A stretch of DNA of 64,000 bases from Acidimicrobiia bacterium (GTDB taxonomy: Bacteria; Actinomycetota; Acidimicrobiia; Acidimicrobiales; Bin134). The notes beneath the pieces were generated by a model that did no database searches, had not been told where the DNA came from, and worked only from the letters and a program-made list of their open reading frames with translations. The first letter of the stretch is position 1. Each line of letters opens with the position of its first letter. The position numbers and the translations under genes were made by a program. This document shows positions 35,724-44,995 of the stretch, in pieces. The stretch spans positions 990 to 64,989 of the forward strand of contig JAJEIJ010000036.1 in NCBI GenBank assembly GCA_022827725.1, in the 5' to 3' direction.

Positions 35724-37148
35724 TTACCGGTTGGGATCGCCGTAGCAGACGAACGGGTGGGCCACCACGTAGTCGGCGTCCACCACCTGCACCATGCCGG
35801 TGCAGTCGGGGGCGATGACGTGGTCGGCTGGCCACTTCACCGGGCCGAGAGCGCCGGACTGCTGGGTAGTGGTGAAGCCGTCGATGTTGACCGCCTGGTA
35901 GAAGCTCGCAGTATTCAGGTCTTCGCCGGCAGCGGCGATCAGCTGAATCAACAAGTCAGCCGACCAGTAACCCACCAGGCTGCCGAAGCCGGGGAAGGCC
36001 CCAACTGCCTCGTAGTCCTCCAGAAGCTGCTGGATTGCCGGCTCGGAGTCGTCCAGCGGAGGCACCTGGGTCACGGCGTAGCCGCCTTCCAAGGCCTGGC
36101 CCAGGTCGGGGCTGGAACCGGGAAGACCGGGTACGTAGGTCAGGTAGTCGGCCACCGGACCTTCATAGCCCGAAGCGGCGATGGACGCCTTGAGGGTGAT
36201 GGCACCGGCGAAGTCGGTGGACAGAATCACCAAGTCGGGCTCGTGCTCCAGCACCGTGTTGACGAACCGGGTGGGATCGGTGATGCCGCCCGCAGTCTGG
36301 GTGGGCACGAAATCGTTGAAGGCCAGCTTGCCAGCCCACAGATTCTCGTACAGCGCATGGCCGGCGCGACCGGCGTCGTCATCGCTGTTGAAGATGCCAA
36401 CCACGATGTCCTCGGTGCCGAAGAAGTCATACCAGATGTTCTGGACCGACACGAGGGGATCAGCGCCCTCGACTCCGAAGGCAAAGCCGCTGAGGCAGCC
36501 GTTGAACCCGAAACCCCAGTCGTTGGGTGCGCAGAAGCCGGGCATGAATCCCCAACCGGTGAACGGCACCTGGTTCTCGTCCAGATAGTCGGTGGTCTGG
36601 GGAAGCGAGACCGCCGAGGTGACCATGATGCCGAACACCTCGTCGTTCTCCACCATGCTGCGGGCACCCTCGAAGTTGGCCTGCGGGTCGCTGCCGTCGT
36701 CCACAAACTGCACCAGTTCGACCGACCGGCCGCCGGGCAGTTCGCCGTCGCGGTTGGCCCGTCCGAGGCGGGCGTTGATGCCGTCGGTGAATCCGCCGTA
36801 CAGCGCATCCTGGGTCATCGCACCGAGGCGAACAGTGTCGTCAGTCACACCTCGGGTGGAGGGCTCGAAATCTATCTCGTAGGTGTAGGCACCCCACGTG
36901 CGGGAGGTTGCCATCTCCCCATCGTCCATGGGCTCCTCGTCATCCATGGGCTCCTCGTCGTCCATAGGCTCGGCATCGTCCATGGGCTCCTCGTCATCCA
37001 TAGGCTCGGCATCGTCCATGGGAGCCTCGGTGGCCTCAGGCGCAGGCGCGGCTGCTCCGTCGTCATCGTCGTCGTTGCCGCACGCGGCGACCACCAGCGT
37101 CAACGCGGCCAAGAGCGCGAGAAGCTTGTACAGCAGTGATTTCTTCAT
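35724..37148 (-). CDS. Liv-type (type I periplasmic binding fold) ABC substrate-binding lipoprotein with acidic repeat linker
   Basis: ATG 37148 after ggaggggg, within ORF 35724..37211. Signal peptide plus lipobox LVVAACG. A (E/A)PMDD x6 linker, then a LivJ-like body. Confidence 0.8.
   Translation of the reverse strand: MKKSLLYKLLALLAALTLVVAACGNDDDDDGAAAPAPEATEAPMDDAEPMDDEEPMDDAEPMDDEEPMDDEEPMDDGEMATSRTWGAYTYEIDFEPSTRGVTDDTVRLGAMTQDALYGGFTDGINARLGRANRDGELPGGRSVELVQFVDDGSDPQANFEGARSMVENDEVFGIMVTSAVSLPQTTDYLDENQVPFTGWGFMPGFCAPNDWGFGFNGCLSGFAFGVEGADPLVSVQNIWYDFFGTEDIVVGIFNSDDDAGRAGHALYENLWAGKLAFNDFVPTQTAGGITDPTRFVNTVLEHEPDLVILSTDFAGAITLKASIAASGYEGPVADYLTYVPGLPGSSPDLGQALEGGYAVTQVPPLDDSEPAIQQLLEDYEAVGAFPGFGSLVGYWSADLLIQLIAAAGEDLNTASFYQAVNIDGFTTTQQSGALGPVKWPADHVIAPDCTGMVQVVDADYVVAHPFVCYGDPNR
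36921..37028 (-). repeat. Six tandem 18-bp coding repeats encoding (E/A)(E/A)PMDD
   Basis: Units start at 36921, 36939, 36957, 36975, 36993 and 37011. Two sequence variants (..ccatgggctcctc / ..ccataggctcggc) are interleaved. Confidence 0.9.
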
Positions 37149-37216
37149 GTCCCCCTCCGAGATTTGGGCTGCCGACATAGTAGGACAGCGACCTTCGACT
37201 GTCATCCTCAAGATGG

Positions 37217-40200
37217 TCAGTCTGATGTAGAGGTGGCTTCTCCGAGGTAGGCGGCGTCTAGCTGGTCGTGGTCCACCTCAGACCGGGGGCCATGCCAGGT
37301 GATATGGCCCAGACTGATGAACGCCACCGAGTCGGCGATCTCCAGCACGTCGCGGGCCTTCTCCTCCACCAACAGCAGGGCCACCCCCCGCTCTTTGAAC
37401 TCGATGAACAACTCCAGGATCTGGTTCACGATGAGCGGAGCCAGACCCAGCGACGGCTCGTCAGCGATCAGCACTTCGGGGGGATGGGCCAGCAGCGGCG
37501 CCAGGGTGAGGATCTGCTGCTCGCCCCCGGAGAGGTTGCCGGCCAATTGGTTCTGGCGCTCTCCCAGGATGGGGAACCGATCACAGCACAGTTCGCGGTC
37601 TTCAGGGTTGGACAGCCAGAGCTGCATGTTCTCCCGCACGGTGAGGCCGCTGAAGATTCCCCGAGCCTCGGGGGCCAGCACCACGCCCCGGCGGGCCCGG
37701 CGGTGACTGCGCAGCGCCGTGATGTCCTCCCCGTCAAGCCGGACGGTGCCGTGGGTGGCGGGCAGAAGGCCCGAAGCCACCGCGCAGGTGGTGGACTTGC
37801 CCGCTCCGTTGGGCCCCAGCAATGCGGTGATCTCGCCCCGGGGCACCGAGAGGTCGATCCCGTGAAGCGCCTCTACCAGCCCATAGCTGGCCCGCACGTT
37901 GACCAGCTCCAGCGCTGGCGGGTGATCGCCGACGTACTGGTCGCCCATTTCCTCAGCGGGTTCCGGCTCGTCGGATGGAGTCGGAGCAGTCATGACCGAA
38001 GCCGGGATCGATTCAGTAGCCGGACTCGGCTCAACAGCTTCTGCCTCTCCCCGCCACACCGCCAGCCGCCGGCGCCAGGCGTCGCGCCGCACCCGGTTCT
38101 GGGCCGCGGTGAACGCAAGGATTCCATCGGGCTCGCGGGCGAGTTGCATGGCGCCGAGGCCGAACATGAAGGCAGTGATGTTGCGGGCCTCGTCGTATTG
38201 GTCGAACCCGTCCCAGTCGATGGGGTACCAGGAGTACACCCGGGCCAGGCAGATGAAGGCCAAAACCGCCAGCACGCCGAGGATGGGTGGCGAGAACGGC
38301 AGTCCCACCTGACGATCCCGGACGGCGGTGGCCAGCGCCGCCGCCCCGAACACCGAGGCCACCAGCACCACATGCCACGACTCCATCCAATCCCAATGCC
38401 AGCCCTTGCCGAACGTGTGGCCGCTGGCCGCCACCATGATGCCGGCCATCACCGCGGCGCCGGGACGGCGGATGCCGACCAAGATCACTACCGCCAGCCA
38501 GAAGAGCCCGGCTTGGGTGGTGGCGGTGAACGGGGTCACGTTGCCGATGAACGTGGCAAAGAACACCCCGCCGAACCCGGCCAACAGCGCCGACAGGGCG
38601 AACACCGCCAGCTTGGTGCGAACGATCGAATGTCCCGAGGTGGCCGCGGCGGGTTCGGAGTTGCGCACCGCGATGATGGCCCGGCCGGTCACGGAGCGCT
38701 GGAGGTTTCTCACCAACCAGGCCGCAGCCAACACCAGAATCACCAGCAGCACCGCCAGGGACTTCGTGTCTTGGAAGTCGAACGGCCCCAGTTGGGGGCG
38801 GGGGATGTCCCACCCCTTGGTGCCCTGGCCGTTTTTGAACCAGCTCCACTCGAACAGCACCCGCTCGCTCATGAAGGCCAGCGCGAGGGTGGCCAGGGCC
38901 AAGGGCAAACCACCCAACCTCAGGGCGGGCAGGGCCACGATCACGCCGAGCACCCCCGCGATTATCACGCCCACTATCAGCGCGGGAATGAACGGCAGCC
39001 CGGTCTTGTCCAAGATCAGACCGGCGGTCATGGCGGCCATGGTCACGAAGGCCGCTTGGGCCAGGCTGACCATGCCCCCCAGGCCGGTGAGCAGCACCCA
39101 GGACATGAACACCAGACCAAAGGCCAAGCCGGTGACCCACAGCCCCAACCAGAACTTATCGGCGAAGACAAATACCTGGAGCACGATGAACGCCGCCCCC
39201 AGCACCCAGGGCAATTGCACCCTCCATGCCGGCAGGTCGTCGGTGTAAACGGTGGCCGGAGGCGCGTCGGCCACTACGCCGCTGCGACGAGTCCGCTCCC
39301 GGGCCATGAACAGCAGCCCCACCAGCAGCACCACGAAAGGCACCGAGCTCTCGAAACCCCGGATGTCCTGGGCGAACGTGGCGTACCGGCCCACCAAGCT
39401 GGTGACTACGCCCAGGGCCACTCCCCCAGCGAAAGCCAGCGGAATGGAGCGCAAACCGCCTACTACCGCGGCGGCGGTAGCGATGAACATGAACACGTTG
39501 TACTGATTGGACTCGAGGGAGTTGAACACCGGTGCGCCGATCACCCCAGCCAGCCCGGCCAGCATGGTGCCGATGATCCAGGCGGCCGACGAGGTGAACG
39601 ATTCGCTGACCCCTCGCAAACCGGCCAAATCGGGACGGTCCACCACTGCCCGCATCTGGAGCCCGATGCGGGTGTGGCGCATTAGGGCCCACAGCGCCAC
39701 CGCGACGACTGCCGCTACCACCAGCACCGTCCACTGGTTGCTGCTAATGAGCAGTCGGATGCCGTCAAGGCCGACAACATCCAGGTCGTAGGGCCAAGTC
39801 TCGCTGGGCACCTTCCACACCCCGGGAGTGAGGAACACGTAGTCAGTGGATTGCAGTCCCCAGTCCCACGTCTTGGTGCCCAGGTCAACCAGCAAATCGG
39901 TGAGCGCAGGCAACGCCACCAATATTCCGATGGTGGCCATGACTTTGGCCGCGTCGTTCGCCCGGGCCAGGGGTCGGAACACCGCCACGTTCAGTAGCTG
40001 CCCGAGCAGCGGGCAGAACACCAGCACCACGAGGAAGAACGACAGCAGCCTCATGCCCAGGCTCTCGATGCCCAGGGCATTGATGAGCTGGAAGTAGAGC
40101 ATCGCCGAGGTGTAGGCGATGCCCCCATAGGCCAGGTTGAAGATGCCGGTGGAGGTGTAGCTCAGCGTGAGCCCGGCGGCAATCAGCGAGTAGATGGAGC

Positions 40201-40243
40201 CGGCTATGGCCCCGCTTACGAGCAATTGGATGAACTCGCCCAC
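37217..40243 (-). CDS. Fused branched-chain-amino-acid-type ABC permease(LivH)-permease(LivM)-ATPase(LivF) polypeptide
   Basis: Uninterrupted 1008-aa ORF. aa 1 to about 320 are LivH-like (RHTRIGLQMRAVVDRPDLAGLRG). aa about 330-700 are LivM-like (SVTGRAIIAVRNSEPAAATSG). aa about 765-1008 are LivF-like NBD (GPNGAGKSTT, LSGGEQQ, LIADEPSLGL). Confidence 0.8.
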   Translation of the reverse strand: MGEFIQLLVSGAIAGSIYSLIAAGLTLSYTSTGIFNLAYGGIAYTSAMLYFQLINALGIESLGMRLLSFFLVVLVFCPLLGQLLNVAVFRPLARANDAAKVMATIGILVALPALTDLLVDLGTKTWDWGLQSTDYVFLTPGVWKVPSETWPYDLDVVGLDGIRLLISSNQWTVLVVAAVVAVALWALMRHTRIGLQMRAVVDRPDLAGLRGVSESFTSSAAWIIGTMLAGLAGVIGAPVFNSLESNQYNVFMFIATAAAVVGGLRSIPLAFAGGVALGVVTSLVGRYATFAQDIRGFESSVPFVVLLVGLLFMARERTRRSGVVADAPPATVYTDDLPAWRVQLPWVLGAAFIVLQVFVFADKFWLGLWVTGLAFGLVFMSWVLLTGLGGMVSLAQAAFVTMAAMTAGLILDKTGLPFIPALIVGVIIAGVLGVIVALPALRLGGLPLALATLALAFMSERVLFEWSWFKNGQGTKGWDIPRPQLGPFDFQDTKSLAVLLVILVLAAAWLVRNLQRSVTGRAIIAVRNSEPAAATSGHSIVRTKLAVFALSALLAGFGGVFFATFIGNVTPFTATTQAGLFWLAVVILVGIRRPGAAVMAGIMVAASGHTFGKGWHWDWMESWHVVLVASVFGAAALATAVRDRQVGLPFSPPILGVLAVLAFICLARVYSWYPIDWDGFDQYDEARNITAFMFGLGAMQLAREPDGILAFTAAQNRVRRDAWRRRLAVWRGEAEAVEPSPATESIPASVMTAPTPSDEPEPAEEMGDQYVGDHPPALELVNVRASYGLVEALHGIDLSVPRGEITALLGPNGAGKSTTCAVASGLLPATHGTVRLDGEDITALRSHRRARRGVVLAPEARGIFSGLTVRENMQLWLSNPEDRELCCDRFPILGERQNQLAGNLSGGEQQILTLAPLLAHPPEVLIADEPSLGLAPLIVNQILELFIEFKERGVALLLVEEKARDVLEIADSVAFISLGHITWHGPRSEVDHDQLDAAYLGEATSTSD

Positions 40244-40314
40244 CCGATTATTTCCCCCTGGACTATTCGACCTGCGCCACTCTAGTAGCCCGCCCCGATC
40301 AGTACATTTGTGGG

Positions 40315-41052
40315 GTGGACGATGCCCTGTTAGACGACCTCGCCGCCGAGCACCAGGTGTTGGATGATCTGGTGGCTTCGCTGCCTGCGGAGGTGTGGGC
40401 CACGCCGTCGCCGTCGCCCGGGTGGACGCTGGCCCACCAGATCCACCACCTCGACGTGAGCGAGGGCGCGGCGCTGTTGGCCCTGACCGGTCGTAGCGAT
40501 CAGATATTTTCGACCGGGTACTGGCCCGGCCCTCCCCTGCCCGCCGACCCGGCCGAAGTGCTGAATAACTGGCGGGCGTCTCGGGCCGCCAGCCTGGAGG
40601 CCATGTTCGCTCTGGACGCCAAAGACCCGGTGATCTGGGGCGACGGCCCCATGACTTGCCGCTCGTTTGCCACCGCCCGGCTGATGGAAACCTGGGCCCA
40701 CGGGCTGGACTGCTTCACCACCGCCGGGGTCGAGCCAGTCGACACCGACCGCCTCCGCCACGTCGCCCACATCGGCTACCGTGCCCTCCCCTACGCCTTC
40801 CGGAGCCAAGAAGTGGAGCAGCCAGCCCCGCTGTCAGAACTACGACTGGAGCTGGTCTCACCGTCCGGCCAGGCCTGGACCTACGGGGAGGATGGCGCCC
40901 CCCAGAGCATCACCGGCTCCGCATCCCACTGGTGCCGGGTCGCCACCCGCCGCATGGCTGCCGCCGACTCCGACCTCGTCACCCACGGCCCTCTCGCCGA
41001 CGCGGTTTTGACGGTCGCCCGCGCCTACCTCTCCGACGGGGCACCCACCTGA
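40315..41052 (+). CDS. DinB/maleylpyruvate-isomerase-N (mycothiol-dependent enzyme) family protein
   Basis: 245 aa, GTG start. SPGWTLAHQIHHL and WAHGLD metal-site-like motifs. Confidence 0.65.
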   Translation: MDDALLDDLAAEHQVLDDLVASLPAEVWATPSPSPGWTLAHQIHHLDVSEGAALLALTGRSDQIFSTGYWPGPPLPADPAEVLNNWRASRAASLEAMFALDAKDPVIWGDGPMTCRSFATARLMETWAHGLDCFTTAGVEPVDTDRLRHVAHIGYRALPYAFRSQEVEQPAPLSELRLELVSPSGQAWTYGEDGAPQSITGSASHWCRVATRRMAAADSDLVTHGPLADAVLTVARAYLSDGAPT

Positions 41053-41095
41053 GTCCGACAAAGAAGCGGCCAAAGAAAACGTGGCACACTAGGGC

Positions 41096-42262
41096 ATGAC
41101 CGCGACGCGAGATCAGATCCGAGTAATTGACGTAGACACTCACCTAACCGAACCCCACGACCTTTGGAGCAGCAGGGCACCGGCGGACTATGTCGACCGG
41201 CTCCCCAAGGTGGCCGATGTGGATGGACGGCCTCACTGGGTCCTCGACGGGGAGCCCCTGGGCTTCGCCACCGCCAGCGGCGTGGTGCGCCCCGACGGCT
41301 CCAAGGCCCTGGGCACCGAGTTCTTCGGCTGGACCATCGACGACGTCCATCCGGGGGCCTACGACATGGAGGCCCGGGTGGAGGTCATGGACCAGATCGG
41401 CGTCCACGCCCAGATCCTCTACCCCAACCTGGCCGGCTTCGGCAGCCAGAAGTTCGGCCAGATCGAAGACGTGGAACTCAAGCGGTTGTGCGTGTCGGTG
41501 TACAACGACGCCATGGCCGAGATTCAGGAGAGCTCCAGCGAGCGGCTGTTCCCCATGGGGCTGATCCCGTGGTGGGACATCGAGGGCTCGCTGGCCGAGG
41601 CCGAGCGCATCGTGGGTCTGGGCCTGCGGGGCATCGTGATGTGCAGCGATCCGCAGTTGCGGGGGCTGCCCGACCTGGGTGAGGAGGCGTGGCGGCCGCT
41701 GTGGGAATTCTGCTGCGACCACGAGCTGCCGGTGAACTTCCACATCGGGGCCAGCGAGAGCTCGATGGGCTGGTTCGGCACCTCACCGTGGCCATCGCAG
41801 GGCGACGACCAGAAGCTGGCCATCGGCTCGGCCATGATGTATCTGACCAATGCCCGGGTGCTGGCCAACCTGATCTTCTCCGGCGTGCTGGAGCGCCACC
41901 CGACGCTCAAGATCGTGTCGGTGGAGTCGGGCATCGGCTGGATCCCCTTCGTACTGGAGTCGCTGGACTACCAGATGGACCAGCTCACTACCGAGGTCCA
42001 GTCCCAGTTCAGCCTGAGCCCAACCGAGTACTTCCGCCGACAGATGTACGGCTGCTACTGGTTCGAGGACTTGTCCCCCGACCTGCTCATCAACCAGATC
42101 GGCCCCGACAACGTGCTGTTCGAGACCGATTTCCCCCACCCCACCTGCCTGTACCCCTTCGGCCTCGAAGAAGCCTCCAGCGCCCTAGGTGATGTGGACG
42201 ACGACGTAGCCCGCAAGGTGCTCCAGGACAACGCCGCCGAGCTCTACAAGATCGCGGTCTAG
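41096..42262 (+). CDS. Amidohydrolase-2 (ACMSD-like metal-dependent hydrolase/decarboxylase) family protein
   Basis: 388 aa. IDVDTHLTEP N-terminal metal motif, HIGAS, FETDFPHP. Confidence 0.75.
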   Translation: MTATRDQIRVIDVDTHLTEPHDLWSSRAPADYVDRLPKVADVDGRPHWVLDGEPLGFATASGVVRPDGSKALGTEFFGWTIDDVHPGAYDMEARVEVMDQIGVHAQILYPNLAGFGSQKFGQIEDVELKRLCVSVYNDAMAEIQESSSERLFPMGLIPWWDIEGSLAEAERIVGLGLRGIVMCSDPQLRGLPDLGEEAWRPLWEFCCDHELPVNFHIGASESSMGWFGTSPWPSQGDDQKLAIGSAMMYLTNARVLANLIFSGVLERHPTLKIVSVESGIGWIPFVLESLDYQMDQLTTEVQSQFSLSPTEYFRRQMYGCYWFEDLSPDLLINQIGPDNVLFETDFPHPTCLYPFGLEEASSALGDVDDDVARKVLQDNAAELYKIAV

Positions 42263-42277
42263 CGGCGGACAGCTCGC

Positions 42278-43018
42278 CTAGAGATCCTCGTAGTCGATTC
42301 GGTCGCTGCGGGCCGGTTGTCGGCCCGTCTTGAACGGGCACAGCGGGGCGTCTACCAGCAGGATTCGGTGCCACCTCTCCACGAGGTCGTCCACCGCGCT
42401 TTGCCATCGGGCCAGGCCCGGGTCGGTGCGCTGGGCTTTCTCGAAGTCGGCCCATGCCTCCCAGGTGGGGATGGCCCACAGCATGAAGGCCTCGTCGTCG
42501 GCGACCATGGCCGTTTCCCACGCTCCGGCCAGCTCCCAGCCAAAGGTCTCATAGGCTGGCTGGGCGTCGGTGCGCACAAGTTCTAGGAATTCGGCTGAAG
42601 TGCCCCGCTTGAGGGTGATCTGCTCGTGGGCGTAGCACTCGCCGGTGACGCCGTCGGCGCACAGCTCCTCGATGGTCCGGGTCCAGGGGGCGGGTACTAG
42701 CAGCCGGTCGGTCCCCCCGCTGCGGTAGTTGGCCGCCTCGGCCCACCACTTGGCCAGTTTGGGATCTTGGGCACCGGCACCCTGGCACTCGAGGCGGAAT
42801 GAGGTGGCCATGCCGTCCCAGCCGTCCTCCTCCCAGAGGTTCAGCACCTGCGGCCAGCCCCTTGTGGTGCCAACGATGGCCCACACCCCGTAACAGAACT
42901 GATCGCGCTCGTCTTGAGCGATGGGAGACCAGTTGGCCGTCATGTGGTGCATGTAGTTGGCCCGGTTGTGGCCGATTATGTCGATGAACTCGTGGATGTA
43001 GAGCTTGTGGTTGGCCAC
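42278..43018 (-). CDS. Conserved hypothetical, possibly tandem NIPSNAP-like (dimeric alpha-beta barrel) protein
   Basis: 246 aa. Coding-like with no competing ORF. Two-fold internal pattern (..GVWAIVGTTRGWPQVLNLWE.. / ..GAWETAMVADDEAFMLWA..). Family call is tentative. Confidence 0.4.
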   Translation of the reverse strand: MANHKLYIHEFIDIIGHNRANYMHHMTANWSPIAQDERDQFCYGVWAIVGTTRGWPQVLNLWEEDGWDGMATSFRLECQGAGAQDPKLAKWWAEAANYRSGGTDRLLVPAPWTRTIEELCADGVTGECYAHEQITLKRGTSAEFLELVRTDAQPAYETFGWELAGAWETAMVADDEAFMLWAIPTWEAWADFEKAQRTDPGLARWQSAVDDLVERWHRILLVDAPLCPFKTGRQPARSDRIDYEDL

Positions 43019-43020
43019 GA

Positions 43021-43836
43021 TCAGCCTTCCCTACCCTGGCCGAAGTTGGGCGTGCGCTTGTTCAAGAAGGCGTCCACCGCCTCCCGGTGGTCGTCGGTGT
43101 CGAAGGTGATGGCTTCCAGCGCGAAGGCCAGGTCGTAGAGGCGGTTGACCCGGTCTTCCAGCTCCTTGTTGCACAGCCGCTTGTTGAACTCGATGGCGTG
43201 GCGGGGGCCGGCGGCCAACCGCTGGGCCATGGCGGTGGCCGCAGCCAGCACCTCGTCGGCGGGCACAACGTGGTTCACCAGGCCGAAGCGCTCAGCTTGG
43301 GCGGCGTCGAGGAGATCGCCGGTCATCAGCAGCTCTTTGGCCCGGTTGAGTCCCACCAGCAGTGGCCACAGCACCGCTCCCCCGTCGCCGGCCACCAACC
43401 CGGCGTTCACGTGAGGGTCGCCGATGCGGGCCGCGTCGCTCAGATAGACGATGTCGCAGAATAGGGCCAGCGACGCCCCCAGGCCGATGGCGTGGCCGTT
43501 GACCGCGGCCACCATCGGCTGGCGGACCCGCAGCGCCCCCCGGGCGATGTCGATGCCGTCGTCAAGCAGGTCAGGACGCCCCTCGGGATACCCGGTTTCC
43601 AGGTTCTCCTCCATCACCGCGAAGTCGGCCCCCACGCAGAACGACCGGCCCGCGCCGGTGAGCACCACAGCCCGCACCTCAGCGTCCTCGGCGATGCGGC
43701 GGTACAAGTCCCGCAGGTCGAGGTGCATCTGCTTGTTGAGGCCGTTGCCCCGGTCGGGCCGATTCAGAGTGGCGGTGAGCACTCCAGAGGAGTCGAGCTC
43801 CGTGGCGATGGTTTCCAATCCGTACCGGTCAGCCAT
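43021..43836 (-). CDS. Enoyl-CoA hydratase/isomerase (crotonase) family
   Basis: ATG 43836 within ORF 43021..44310. VVLTGAGRSFCVGADF and AAVNGHAIGLG oxyanion-hole motifs. Confidence 0.85.
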   Translation of the reverse strand: MADRYGLETIATELDSSGVLTATLNRPDRGNGLNKQMHLDLRDLYRRIAEDAEVRAVVLTGAGRSFCVGADFAVMEENLETGYPEGRPDLLDDGIDIARGALRVRQPMVAAVNGHAIGLGASLALFCDIVYLSDAARIGDPHVNAGLVAGDGGAVLWPLLVGLNRAKELLMTGDLLDAAQAERFGLVNHVVPADEVLAAATAMAQRLAAGPRHAIEFNKRLCNKELEDRVNRLYDLAFALEAITFDTDDHREAVDAFLNKRTPNFGQGREG

Positions 43837-43920
43837 GGGGGTAGCTTCGCACTTCGCGATGCGGGTAGTGGATTTCAGGCCGGGTGGTGGATTTCCGGCG
43901 CGGTGGGCGAAGCTAGGCGG

Positions 43921-44907
43921 ATGCGAGCTTGGGTGGTCGAAGGGTCGGGAGCGCCGGGTGAGGTGCTGCGGTTGACGGACAGGGCCGCGCCCGATCCTCG
44001 GGAGGGGACGTTCCAAATGAAGGTGGGCGCGGTGGGCGTCGGCCTGCCCGACGTGTTCATGTGCCGGGGCGTGTACCCACTGGGGCCGTCGGAAGGGTCG
44101 TTCACCCCCGGCCAGGAGGTGTGCGGGACGGTGGTGGAGGCCGGCGACGGCGTCGACCTGGACCCCGGGCAGCGGGTGATGGCCGTTACCTCGTTTCAGA
44201 CCGGCGACGGCGGGTTCGCCGAGCTGTGCCTGGGGCTGGGGGGCTCGGCGTTCACCGTGCCCGACTCCATGGACGACGTCGCGGCGGCCGGATTCCTGAT
44301 CCCCTATCACACCGCTTGGATAGGACTGGTGCGCCGGGGCGGGTTGAAGGCGGCCGAGACCTTGCTGGTGTTGGGTGCGGCCGGCGGCACCGGGGCGGCG
44401 GCCTGCTCATTGGGTGCCGCCCTCGGGGCCCGGGTGATCGGGGTGGCCGGCGGCCCGGAGCGCTGCGAGACGGCCGCAGGCTTTGGCGCCCACCAGACAG
44501 TGGACCACCGAGAGGGCGACATCGCCGCTGCGGTCATGGAGCTGACCGACGGGCAGGGGGTCAACGTGGTGTACGACCCGGTGGGGGGTGATGCCTACAC
44601 CGCGGCCTCTCGGTGCGCGGCCCGCGACGCCCGAATCGTGCTCATCGGTTTTGCCAGCGGCGAGTGGGCGCCGGTGAACGTGCGCCACATGGTGCAGCGC
44701 AACTACTCGGTGGTGGGGGCCATCCCTGCCCGCTACAGCCGGGAGGAGCGGTTGGACGACCACCGCCAGCTCAGCGCGCTGTGGGACGCGGGCAGCCTCG
44801 CCTCGGTGGTCAGTGCCACCTACTCGTTTGAGGAGCTGCCCGAGGCCATGACCGCCCTGGAGTCTCGCCAGGTGGTGGGCCGGGTGGTGCTGGATCTGGG
44901 GGCGTGA
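43921..44907 (+). CDS. MDR-family NAD(P)H:quinone oxidoreductase / zinc-type alcohol dehydrogenase-like
   Basis: ATG 43921 within ORF 43492..44907. GQEVCGTVVEAG and the LVLGAAGGTGAAA Rossmann motif. Confidence 0.8.
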   Translation: MRAWVVEGSGAPGEVLRLTDRAAPDPREGTFQMKVGAVGVGLPDVFMCRGVYPLGPSEGSFTPGQEVCGTVVEAGDGVDLDPGQRVMAVTSFQTGDGGFAELCLGLGGSAFTVPDSMDDVAAAGFLIPYHTAWIGLVRRGGLKAAETLLVLGAAGGTGAAACSLGAALGARVIGVAGGPERCETAAGFGAHQTVDHREGDIAAAVMELTDGQGVNVVYDPVGGDAYTAASRCAARDARIVLIGFASGEWAPVNVRHMVQRNYSVVGAIPARYSREERLDDHRQLSALWDAGSLASVVSATYSFEELPEAMTALESRQVVGRVVLDLGA

Positions 44908-44995
44908 GCGGGCCGGGCTGAGCCTGCCGCTGCGACGGCGAGTATTCTGCCAGCCGCAGACCCAAGCAAAACACCGGGACCAAAGGGAGCACATC

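Noticed and set aside
36921-37028. Possible CRISPR-like or VNTR non-coding array, because of the regular 18-bp repeats.
   Set aside because: The repeats are contiguous with no spacers, in frame, and inside a well-supported CDS. They encode a hexapeptide array, not a CRISPR locus.
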